A DNA stretch of 35,536 nt, taken from NCBI GenBank assembly GCA_035622255.1, contig DASPVR010000196.1:1-35536 (forward strand), read 5' to 3'. The stretch comes from Solirubrobacteraceae bacterium (GTDB lineage Bacteria > Actinomycetota > Thermoleophilia > Solirubrobacterales > Solirubrobacteraceae). The translations under genes were made by a program, and so were the position numbers. Positions 18,185 through 26,324 of the stretch are shown in pieces (positions within the stretch are counted from its first letter, which is position 1; each line of letters opens with the position of its first letter). Below the pieces are notes generated by a model. It did not search any database. It was not told where the DNA came from and was given only the letters and a program-made list of their open reading frames with translations.

Positions 18185-19159
18185 GTGGAACATGACCTGC
18201 CTCCCGAGCGACTGCTCGCGGTCATCGAGACCCAGAACGAGATCGCCGCCACCGCGCTCGACCTCGACGCCGTGATGGCGATCGTCGTGCGGCGCGCGCA
18301 GGAGATCGTGGACGCGACCGCCGGCGTCGTCGAGCTGCTCGAGGGCGAGGAGATGGTCTACCACGTGGCCAGCGGCACGGCCAGCGCGCACGTCGGGCTG
18401 CGCCTGCGCGCCGACGCGAGCTTCTCGGGGCTGTGCGTGAGTCGCAATGAGATCCTCTACTGCGAGGACACCGGCGACGGCGATCGCGTCGACCGCGACG
18501 CGTGCCGCAGGGCGGGCGCGGTCTCGATGGTCTGCGTACCGCTGCGTCACGACGCTCACACCGTGGGGGTGCTGAAGGTCTACGACCCGTGCCCGCGCGC
18601 GTTCGACGCGGCCGACCTGCACACGCTCGAGCTGCTGTCGGGCGTGATCGCCGCCCACATGGCGCACGCGAGCGCCTACCAGGACGAGCAGCACGCCAGC
18701 GGCCACGACGCGCTGACGGGGCTGAGTAACCGGCGCGGCTTTGACGATCGGCTCGCGACCGAGGCCGCCCGCGTCCGCCGGCATGGAGACGACCTCGCGC
18801 TGTGCCTGCTCGACCTCGACGGCTTCAAGGAGATCAACGACGCGCTCGGCCACGCCGCCGGCGACGACGTGCTGCGCGCCATGGCGCGCCACTTCACCGA
18901 GGTGCGTGGCGAGGATGCGGCGTTTCGCCTGGGCGGCGACGAGTTCGCGTTCATGCTCGTCGGCGCCGGCGACGCGGACGCGCGCGCCGTCGCCGAGCGG
19001 ATCAACGCCGCCGTGAGGGAGGATCCCGCGTGTCGCGGCGTGACGATTTCCTGGGGCATCGCGTTGCTCACGGACAACGACCCCGTGGGGATGATCGCGC
19101 GCGCCGACGCCGCGCTGTACCAGGCCAAGCGCGCGGGCCAGTCCGAGCCCGTGGCCTGA
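18185..19159 (+). CDS. GAF-GGDEF diguanylate cyclase
   Basis: GAF (SMVCVPLR..VGVLKV), DLDGFKEINDALGHAAGD, RGED + GGDEF. Confidence 0.9.
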   Translation: MEHDLPPERLLAVIETQNEIAATALDLDAVMAIVVRRAQEIVDATAGVVELLEGEEMVYHVASGTASAHVGLRLRADASFSGLCVSRNEILYCEDTGDGDRVDRDACRRAGAVSMVCVPLRHDAHTVGVLKVYDPCPRAFDAADLHTLELLSGVIAAHMAHASAYQDEQHASGHDALTGLSNRRGFDDRLATEAARVRRHGDDLALCLLDLDGFKEINDALGHAAGDDVLRAMARHFTEVRGEDAAFRLGGDEFAFMLVGAGDADARAVAERINAAVREDPACRGVTISWGIALLTDNDPVGMIARADAALYQAKRAGQSEPVA

Positions 19160-19176
19160 GATTATCCTTCGCGGCG

Positions 19177-19818
19177 ATGGCAACCGATACCCCCGACACC
19201 GCCTCGACCGGTGACAGCGACTGGCGGGTCGAGTTCGAGCTCGAGGCCGCCGACAGGCACCGCTCGCTGCGCGAGCTGATCCGGCGCGTGCGCACGCCGA
19301 GCGTGGTGCGCGACGCCGAGACGAGCGTCCCCGAGCACGTCGTCGTTACGCATGACGGCGCGCGGCTTTTCGCCTATGCCGGCGACGAGGCGACGATGCG
19401 GGCGGCGCGGCGCGCCATCGAAGACGTGCTCGTGCGCGACGGGATCGAGGCGAGCGCGCGCGTGAGCCGCTGGGACGAGCGGCGCGACGACTGGCTGCAG
19501 GTCGACCCGCCGCCGAGCGCCCAGGAGCAGCTGGCCGAGCAGGCGGCCGAGCGCGACGAGGAGGCGATCGAGACACGCACCCTCGTCGCGAGCTCGGGCA
19601 AGCTGGTACGGGGCGAATTCGAGCAGACGATGCTCACGTGGGCCGAGAGGCTCGGGGTGCGGTGTGAGATCGTCGAGCATCCGCACCTGCTCACCACCCA
19701 GGTGGCCTTCACGGTCACCGGACCCAGGCGCAAGGTGCAGGAGTTCTCAAAAGGCCTGCTCGCCGAGGGGTGGTCGCAGGTGCGCAGCGAGTTCACCGTC
19801 ATGGGCGACCCGCTCTAG
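19177..19818 (+). CDS. Hypothetical protein
   Basis: ORF from MATDTP with typical codon usage; -10-like TATCCT just upstream. Confidence 0.75.
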   Translation: MATDTPDTASTGDSDWRVEFELEAADRHRSLRELIRRVRTPSVVRDAETSVPEHVVVTHDGARLFAYAGDEATMRAARRAIEDVLVRDGIEASARVSRWDERRDDWLQVDPPPSAQEQLAEQAAERDEEAIETRTLVASSGKLVRGEFEQTMLTWAERLGVRCEIVEHPHLLTTQVAFTVTGPRRKVQEFSKGLLAEGWSQVRSEFTVMGDPL

Positions 19819-19831
19819 CGAGCGACCGCGA

Positions 19832-21346
19832 TCAGGCCGGAACAGGCTCGCCCGAGACCTCGCGCACTTCCTCGTGGCGAAGATCGTGGTCGCGTACGAG
19901 CGCCAGCGCGAGCACGGCGCCGAGCGCCGCGAGCGCCGCGCCGGCGAGCACGATCGTCGAGAACCCGTGCACGAAGCCCTCGCGGGCCGCGTGGACGACA
20001 GGCGCGGCCGCGCGTGGCGGCAGCGTGCCCGACGAGGCCGCTTCGGCCAACCCGCGCGCCCTGTCCGCGCCCACACCCGGCAGCAGATCCTCGATGCGCT
20101 GCTCAGAGAAGGCGAGAAACAGCGCCCCCAGCCCCGCGGTGCCCGAGGCGATCGCGACCTGACGAAACGTGTCGTTGACGCCAGCCGCCACGCCGCTCAT
20201 CCGCTCGGGCACGGTCGAGAGCGCGACGTTGGCGAGCACGGGGTTCACGAGGCCCACCCCGAAGCCACTGACGATGAAGCCCGGGAGCAGGACCGTCCAG
20301 GAGTCGTTGGCCTGCGCGCCGCTCAGCAGCACGAGCGCGAGCGCGGTTATGCCCAGGCCGGCGGCGAGCATCACGCGCGGCGGGATCCTCCCCTCCAGCG
20401 AGGCGGTCGCGCCTGAGACGATGAAGGCGCCGACGGTGAACGGCAGGTAGCGCAGCCCGGCACCGAGCGGTGACAGGTGCTCGATCTCCTGCATGTAGAG
20501 GGTGATGTAGAGAAACAGCGCGAACATCGAGCCGCTGAGCGCGAACGCCGTTATCTGCGCGCCGGCGAAGGCCCGATTGCGAAACAGGTGAAGCGGCAGC
20601 ATCGGCTGGGAGACGCGCAGCTCGATCGCGATGAACGCGAGGAACAGGAGCACCGCGCAGATGAGCTCCAAAACGATCTTCGTCGAGCCCCAACCCTCGG
20701 CGTTGCCGCGAAGCAGGCCGAGCACGAGCAGCGCGTTGGCCCCGCAGAAGGTCACGGTCCCGCCCCAGTCGATGCCGTGGGCGGTGGGGTCGCGCGACTC
20801 GGCCACGCGAAGAAGCGTCACGGCGATCGCCGCCACTCCGATCGGCACGTTCAAGAAGAAGATCGCCTGCCAGGAGATCCCGGTCGTCAACGCGCCCCCG
20901 ACGAGCGGGCCGATCGCGACCGCGACCCCGATCGTAGCGCCGTAGATGGCCGTCGCGGTCGCACGCTCGGCGCCGCGCCACTCCTGCGCGAGCAGCGCCA
21001 GCGAGACGGCGAACATGACCGCCCCGCCCACGCCCTGAAGCGCGCGTGAGAGGTTCAGCACGGTCGCCGACTGCGCCAGCCCGCACAGCAGCGAGGCGAG
21101 CGTGAAGATCGCCAGCCCGACGACGAACACGCGCCGGCGACCGAGGCGGTCGGCCAGGGAGCCCGACGTGAGCACGAAGGCCGCGAGCGTCAGCGCGTAT
21201 GCGTCGACGACCCACTGCAGGTCGGTGAAGGACGCGTGCAGGTCCCTGCGGATGCTGGGCAGCGCGGTGTTGACGACCGTGATGTCCAGCAGCAGCATGA
21301 ACGTCGCCACGCAGACGGCCATGAGGGTCCACCACTTGCGTTGCAT
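19832..21346 (-). CDS. MFS drug:H+ antiporter (DHA2, EmrB/QacA-like)
   Basis: LDITVVNTALP, GSLADRLGRRR, IGPLVGG, WQAIFFLNVPIG. Confidence 0.95.
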   Translation of the reverse strand: MQRKWWTLMAVCVATFMLLLDITVVNTALPSIRRDLHASFTDLQWVVDAYALTLAAFVLTSGSLADRLGRRRVFVVGLAIFTLASLLCGLAQSATVLNLSRALQGVGGAVMFAVSLALLAQEWRGAERATATAIYGATIGVAVAIGPLVGGALTTGISWQAIFFLNVPIGVAAIAVTLLRVAESRDPTAHGIDWGGTVTFCGANALLVLGLLRGNAEGWGSTKIVLELICAVLLFLAFIAIELRVSQPMLPLHLFRNRAFAGAQITAFALSGSMFALFLYITLYMQEIEHLSPLGAGLRYLPFTVGAFIVSGATASLEGRIPPRVMLAAGLGITALALVLLSGAQANDSWTVLLPGFIVSGFGVGLVNPVLANVALSTVPERMSGVAAGVNDTFRQVAIASGTAGLGALFLAFSEQRIEDLLPGVGADRARGLAEAASSGTLPPRAAAPVVHAAREGFVHGFSTIVLAGAALAALGAVLALALVRDHDLRHEEVREVSGEPVPA

Positions 21347-21380
21347 GCTCGATCCTTCCTGGGGGAGGTGGGCTAGAATC

Positions 21381-21411
21381 GTAAGGCAGCCTTGTAGTCA
21401 GGCTACCTTAT
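21381..21411. promoter_or_regulatory. Tandem MarR operator between divergent MFS and marR
   Basis: gtaaggcagccttgt and gtcaggctaccttat; together an 11-bp inverted repeat (1 mismatch) with a 7-nt spacer. Confidence 0.7.
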
Positions 21412-21435
21412 CAAACTCGCGATCGCCCTGTCCAG

Positions 21436-21894
21436 ATGCCCGTCCTCACGCCTACCCAGCACCTCGTGGCGCTGCTTGGATCCGTCAAGGAGGACCTGCT
21501 CGAGGAGATGTACCGACGCGTCAACGCGGCCGGCTACACGGGGCTTCGCCCCTCGCACGGCTGCATCTTTCGATACCTGGACGTCGACGGGTCCAAGCTG
21601 TCGAAGCTGGCCGAGCTCTCGGGGATGAGCAAGCAGGCCTTCGGCGAGCACGTGGACAACGTCGAGGCGCTGGGCTACGTCAAGCGAGTGCCCGATCCCG
21701 AGGACGGGCGCGCGAAGCTGATCGTGCCCACGGCCCGCGGGCGCGAGGCGCTGCTGCTGGGACGCGAGATCTTCGCCGACTTGGAGCGCGAGTGGGCGCA
21801 GGCGCTGGGCGAGGAGCGCATCAGCGCGCTGCGCGAGACGCTCGAGCAGATCCACGAGCTTCAGCGCGAGTCCGCGCCCCAGCTCAGCCGGTGA
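21436..21894 (+). CDS. MarR family regulator
   Basis: LAELSGMSKQA, LGYVKRVPDPEDGRAKLI. Confidence 0.92.
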   Translation: MPVLTPTQHLVALLGSVKEDLLEEMYRRVNAAGYTGLRPSHGCIFRYLDVDGSKLSKLAELSGMSKQAFGEHVDNVEALGYVKRVPDPEDGRAKLIVPTARGREALLLGREIFADLEREWAQALGEERISALRETLEQIHELQRESAPQLSR

Positions 21895-22687
21895 GTGCGA
21901 GCGCCGCGTCCTCGGTCAGGACGCGGAAGGTGAGGCTCTCCTCGATGTAGAGCTCAACGACCTCGGCGTCGTGGCGCTCGTAGCCGATCGACAGATCCTC
22001 CCCGATCTCGAGCACGAAGTCGCCTCCGCGCTGGCTGACGACGACCCCGCCGTCGAGCCCGGGAGCCCAGACGATGGGACCACCGACTATCTCGCGCACG
22101 TGGTCAAGCAGCGGATATCCGCCGTGCTCGGCAGTCTGCAGCACGCGCGTGTAGATCTCGGGCCCGAGCGCCAGGCCGTAGGGGCCGCCGACGCCGGCGT
22201 CGAGCAGCGCCTCCACCGCGCGCGCCACGTGCCGGGGATAGCGCTCGCAGTCTTTGCCCAGCGCGATCGCCTTGTGCGTGGAGGCCTCGGTGATGCCGGT
22301 GATCGCGGCGGACTTCAGGCCGTGGAAGACCGCGCGGTTCTCCGCGGCGGCGATGGCGCGCGCGGCGCGATCGAGCGTGTCGAGGTCGATGTCGCCTGCC
22401 CCGCGGTCAGCGTCGCGCAGCTCGCTGCGCGCAACCGCGAACGAAGCCCGCAGCTCGACCATCTCGAGCACGCGGCGCTGGCTCGCGCTCACGCCGTCGC
22501 CGGCCCCGCCGGCCAACGCGCGTACGCGTCCGAGGTTGGTGGACGAGCGCTGCCAGCCGTGGGGACCGGCGAAGTCGACCAGCCTGCGCGCAGCTAGCGC
22601 CGGCTGCAGGCGCTCACGGGCCTCGTCGTCGATCAGCCACCAGCCCGCCTCGGTGATGGGCGCGTGCTCGCGCAGGAGATGGCTCAT
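21884..22687 (-). CDS. Family 1 encapsulin shell protein (267 aa)
   Basis: MSHLLREHAPIT..W..IDDEA, ARRLVDFAGPHGW, AENRAVFHG, GVGGPYGL, RGGDFVLEIGEDLSIGY, ELYIEESLTF. Confidence 0.95.
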   Translation of the reverse strand: MSHLLREHAPITEAGWWLIDDEARERLQPALAARRLVDFAGPHGWQRSSTNLGRVRALAGGAGDGVSASQRRVLEMVELRASFAVARSELRDADRGAGDIDLDTLDRAARAIAAAENRAVFHGLKSAAITGITEASTHKAIALGKDCERYPRHVARAVEALLDAGVGGPYGLALGPEIYTRVLQTAEHGGYPLLDHVREIVGGPIVWAPGLDGGVVVSQRGGDFVLEIGEDLSIGYERHDAEVVELYIEESLTFRVLTEDAALALTG

Positions 22688-23076
22688 CGTGCGGCTCCCT
22701 GCCTGCCGCCGATGCCGAGCGACTCGCTCCCGGCCAGCGGCGCTCCCTGGGCCGCCTCTCCCTCGACGGCGCGCTCCTCGGACTCCTCGCCGTGCTCGAC
22801 GATGTCGCCCTCCTTGAACAGGATCCCCTTGGCGATCTCGCGCCACAGGGGAGCGCGACGCAGCAGGAACTCGAGATCCATGCAGAAGTGCTTGAACTCC
22901 TCTCCGAGCGCGTCGAGCATCACCGCGCGGGCCTCGCGATCCTTCTCGATCGCCAGGCGCTGGTGGTACCAGTCGATCGCTTCCGCCTCCTCGGTCAGCG
23001 AGGCGCACAGGCGTGCGAATGTGCGCGTCTCGGCCGGCAGCTCGTCCGGAGGCTCGTGGTAGGAGTCAAAGCCCAC
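22684..23076 (-). CDS. Encapsulin-associated ferritin-like protein (EncFtn/Flp) with C-terminal targeting peptide
   Basis: YHEP, SLTEEAEAIDWYHQR, EEFKH, LEFLLRR, LFKEGDI; tail SLGIGG; ATGA overlap with the encapsulin. Confidence 0.92.
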   Translation of the reverse strand: MGFDSYHEPPDELPAETRTFARLCASLTEEAEAIDWYHQRLAIEKDREARAVMLDALGEEFKHFCMDLEFLLRRAPLWREIAKGILFKEGDIVEHGEESEERAVEGEAAQGAPLAGSESLGIGGRQGAAR

Positions 23077-23239
23077 CGGGGCATCGTCGCATATGCCCAT
23101 TGGCGAGTGCGGCGGCGACATAGATTACGCGCGGCCGGGATACCGGGTCAGGGGCCGGCCGGGTGGGTGGGACACCAAATAGGTAAATCCCAATCAAACA
23201 TGTTTGGAAAACCTGGCGCGGGGTAAATGCTGCACTCAG

Positions 23240-23291
23240 AAGGACGTGTCGCAGATAGCGAGCTGGTCGTGTGAAAGCGGCCAGCGTCCTT
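23240..23291 (+). ncRNA. Candidate structured leader RNA (three-way junction), unassigned
   Basis: P1 AAGGAC/GUCCUU, P2 UCGC/GCGA, P3 GCUGGUCGU/GCGGCCAGC; the G-U pairs only work on the + strand. Confidence 0.35.
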
Positions 23292-23349
23292 TAACTAGCT
23301 TCTCTGCCCGCGCGTCAGTGACGCGCGTGCACGACCGGAGGGGATGTGA

Positions 23350-25797
23350 GTGAGGCTCGCGGGACACTGTCTGAAGACGATCGTTGGTCGCTGCGCGATT
23401 GGAGGACTGGTCGCGGTGGCGGTCATGGCCATGGGGGCGACGGCGGCGCAGGCGAGCGAAAGCACTGCGCGCCAGCTCGCTGACAGCGTCCCGGGAATCC
23501 CCGGGCTGCCGACCGGCGTGCCGGGGGCGGCAACCGCCCCAGAACCCGCCCTCCCCGAGCCGACGAGCTCAGAATGGCCGTTTCCCAGCAACTTCTCACA
23601 CACCTCGGGCACCGGGCTGCTGTCGGACGGCGCGAGCCTGTGGACGGACTTCATCTACGACGACCACGGTGCGCTCGGCAGTCCGATCGGACAGGCCGAG
23701 AGCGCGAAGGTCACATCACTGGCACTCCCCCACGGGGGCTTTTCGTATCCCGAAGGCCCGGCGGATAAAGACGGCGCGGACATCTTCCGCGCCGGCGTCG
23801 GGTATGCCAAAGGCGCCACGTACTGGCGCGTCGACTGGAACACGCTCGTCTCGGCCGACGTGCCGATCGCGGAGTGGACCTTCAGCACGGAAAGTGAAAC
23901 GCCGGCCGCCGGCAGCACGTGGCCGGCCAACGCCGGCGTGAGCTCTCCCGGCATCCAGTACGCGCTGATCGTCTCCGCCCAGCACGCGCAGCTGATCGAA
24001 GTGGCGACCGGGCTGCCCGTGGCCGGCGCCGACCTCACGACCGAAGTGAACATGCAGGCGCGCTCGTTCATCGTGCGCATCCCCACCAGCGTGTTGCCGG
24101 TGAGCGGCAGCTGGCAGGTCCACCTCGCGGCCGGTCTGGCAAACGCGGAAGGGACCGAATTTGCCACGGTGCCGCCTGAAGACGGCGGCATCCCGGGTGG
24201 GGCCAACGTCTACAACGTCACCTTCCGCTCCTACCAGCAGGAGTCAGAGCTCGTGTGCCCGACAGAAGCCCTCGCCGAATCGCCGGCCGCGCCGGTGCTG
24301 GAAAGCGAAGCCGGGGCCAGCAACGAAAAGCTCGCAGCGCTCGACCACCTGCCCGTGACCGAGTGCGGGAACTACTGGATGGAGAACGATCAGGCGAACA
24401 CGCTTCAGAGCGGGAACGTCTCCAAGTACGCGCTCACGGTCAACTGGTCGGCGCTCGCGGCGCGCGAAAGCACGCCCGAACCGAAACCGACCGGCTATTC
24501 CGTGCGCTGGTACACGACACCTCTGAACCTCGGCCAGGGCGTGGTCGACGCCGAAGAAACGAACCTGTACACCGGGCCAACGTACCTCGGCCGAGTCCAG
24601 CCCTACTCGGTCTACGTGCCGACCACGTACGACCCGTCCACGCCCACGCCGCTGACCTGGATCCTGCACTCGCTGGGGGTCAACTACAACCAGTACGGCG
24701 CGCTGGCCCCCAGTCAGCTGCAGGAAGAGTGTCAGGATCGCAACAGCATCTGCGCGACCACCGAGGGCTTCAGCGATGGCCAGTGGTACTACCAGGAGGC
24801 GCAGGTCGACTTCTGGGACGTCTGGCATGCGCTCGCGGACGCCTACAACCTCGATCCGGACGCGACCGTCATGTCCGGCTACTCGATGGGCGGCTTTGCC
24901 TCCTACAAGCTGGCGCTCGAATATCCGGATCTGTTCGCGCAGTCAATGCCGCTCGAGGGACCGGTCATATGCGGAACCAGGTACGCGACCGGCGTCGAAA
25001 CGAGCCCCCCCGGTTCCGTCCAGTGCACGAGCGACGGCAACACGACGCCGCTGATCGTAAACGGCAAGTGGATCCCCTACGTGATGACCTACGGCGCGCT
25101 GGATGAGCTCGTGCCTTTCACCGGCGGCGTGGAACAGGTGGAAGCATTCAACAAGCTCGGCTATCGCTACTACGCGGTCCTGTATCCGGCCGAGGACCAC
25201 CTCGTGTTCGCCCAGCAGAACGACTTCAGCCCGGCAACCTCCCAGCTCGGGCACCTGGAAAGGGTCCACAACCCGGCCTCGTTCACGTTCACCTGGTATC
25301 CGGAACTCGTCTCCTCGTCGCTTGGCATCGGCCCCACTGGCGACTACTGGATCACTGGACTGGCGGCACGCGAATCCGCGCCGGGCAAGCTCGCCACCGT
25401 CAACGCCGACTCGGCGGCGATCCCCGAACCGACCGAGACGCCCGAACACCACACCGGCACGGCCGACGGACCCACGCCTGCGATCACCGACTCGCTCACC
25501 TGGGCGACGGGGGAGGCGCCGCCGACCAGCCAGTCGCTGCAGCTGAGCCTGACCGACGTGGGCGCGATTGGGCTCGAAACCGTGTCCGCCGGGCTGACGT
25601 GCGCGACTGTCGACGCGACGACCGACGGCGAAACCGCGCTGACGCTGCTGCAGCTGCGTCCGGGAAGCACGGTGACCGTGAGCTCGCGCACGGGCGCGAC
25701 GACCGTCCCCTCGAGTGGACGTGTGACCGTCACGCTGACGGCGGGGACGAGCAGCGTGCAGCTGTGCTCGGCCGCGAGCAAGCCGACCCGGCGTTAG
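23350..25797 (+). CDS. Large secreted alpha/beta hydrolase (S9/esterase-like) with beta-rich N- and C-terminal domains
   Basis: Signal peptide ending ATAAQA; WILHSLG, GYSMGG nucleophile elbow, GALDELVP, AEDH; SD ggaggg. Confidence 0.85.
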   Translation: MRLAGHCLKTIVGRCAIGGLVAVAVMAMGATAAQASESTARQLADSVPGIPGLPTGVPGAATAPEPALPEPTSSEWPFPSNFSHTSGTGLLSDGASLWTDFIYDDHGALGSPIGQAESAKVTSLALPHGGFSYPEGPADKDGADIFRAGVGYAKGATYWRVDWNTLVSADVPIAEWTFSTESETPAAGSTWPANAGVSSPGIQYALIVSAQHAQLIEVATGLPVAGADLTTEVNMQARSFIVRIPTSVLPVSGSWQVHLAAGLANAEGTEFATVPPEDGGIPGGANVYNVTFRSYQQESELVCPTEALAESPAAPVLESEAGASNEKLAALDHLPVTECGNYWMENDQANTLQSGNVSKYALTVNWSALAARESTPEPKPTGYSVRWYTTPLNLGQGVVDAEETNLYTGPTYLGRVQPYSVYVPTTYDPSTPTPLTWILHSLGVNYNQYGALAPSQLQEECQDRNSICATTEGFSDGQWYYQEAQVDFWDVWHALADAYNLDPDATVMSGYSMGGFASYKLALEYPDLFAQSMPLEGPVICGTRYATGVETSPPGSVQCTSDGNTTPLIVNGKWIPYVMTYGALDELVPFTGGVEQVEAFNKLGYRYYAVLYPAEDHLVFAQQNDFSPATSQLGHLERVHNPASFTFTWYPELVSSSLGIGPTGDYWITGLAARESAPGKLATVNADSAAIPEPTETPEHHTGTADGPTPAITDSLTWATGEAPPTSQSLQLSLTDVGAIGLETVSAGLTCATVDATTDGETALTLLQLRPGSTVTVSSRTGATTVPSSGRVTVTLTAGTSSVQLCSAASKPTRR

Positions 25798-25802
25798 GAA
25801 AG

Positions 25803-25832
25803 GGGCGATCCCGCTCCCTCCTGGGATCGCCC
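25803..25832. terminator. Hairpin between convergent genes
   Basis: gggcgatccc-N10-gggatcgccc 10-bp stem, 5 nt after the stop. Confidence 0.65.
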
Positions 25833-25878
25833 GATTGTCAGCGCCGGCCCGGCTAGGCGGCCGGGTCGGCGCTGCGCG

Positions 25879-26286
25879 CTAGCTGACCTCGAGGTAGCGC
25901 AGCAGCACGCGCCCGAGCGCGAGCACGTCGCCGTTGGACAGCTCGGCGCGCTCGACTGGGCGACCGTTGACGAGCGTGCCGTTGGCGCTGCGATCGTCGA
26001 GCACGCGCACGTTCTGGCGGCTGACGAGGATCGCGTGGCGTCGCGACACCGACGCCTCGTCGAGGCGCAGGTCGGCCGACACGCCGCGCCCGATGTGCGT
26101 CACCCCGCGCGCGAGCGGAATCACGACAGCCTCCCCCGGACTCTCGACCTCGATGTAGCGTCCGGGCTCTGTCGGGCGCTCAAGCGCCGCGTCGGCGCGA
26201 CCTATCGGCGCGACACTCGCCACCGCCTCCACCCGCTCGGTGGGCTCCTGCGAAACGGCGAACCTTGGCGAGGCTTGTGCAGGCAT
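25879..26286 (-). CDS. Stand-alone FHA domain protein
   Basis: HIGRG, VSRRHA, SANGTLVNG, LSNGDVLALG; start MPAQA is approximate. Confidence 0.88.
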   Translation of the reverse strand: MPAQASPRFAVSQEPTERVEAVASVAPIGRADAALERPTEPGRYIEVESPGEAVVIPLARGVTHIGRGVSADLRLDEASVSRRHAILVSRQNVRVLDDRSANGTLVNGRPVERAELSNGDVLALGRVLLRYLEVS

Positions 26287-26324
26287 GCACAGGCCTTCTA
26301 CCCACCACAAGCCGGACTCAACCG

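Noticed and set aside
22688-23008. Cargo-encapsulin fusion (374-aa ORF)
   Set aside because: The extension is an alternative frame of EncFtn; the shell has its own SD and ATG
23194-23207. LexA SOS box
   Set aside because: CAAAC-AT-GTTTG has a 2-nt spacer and mismatches versus CGAAC-N4-GTTCG
23230-23300. Known riboswitch (c-di-GMP, SAM, ZTP, c-di-AMP) or hammerhead
   Set aside because: The conserved core nucleotides of those classes are not present
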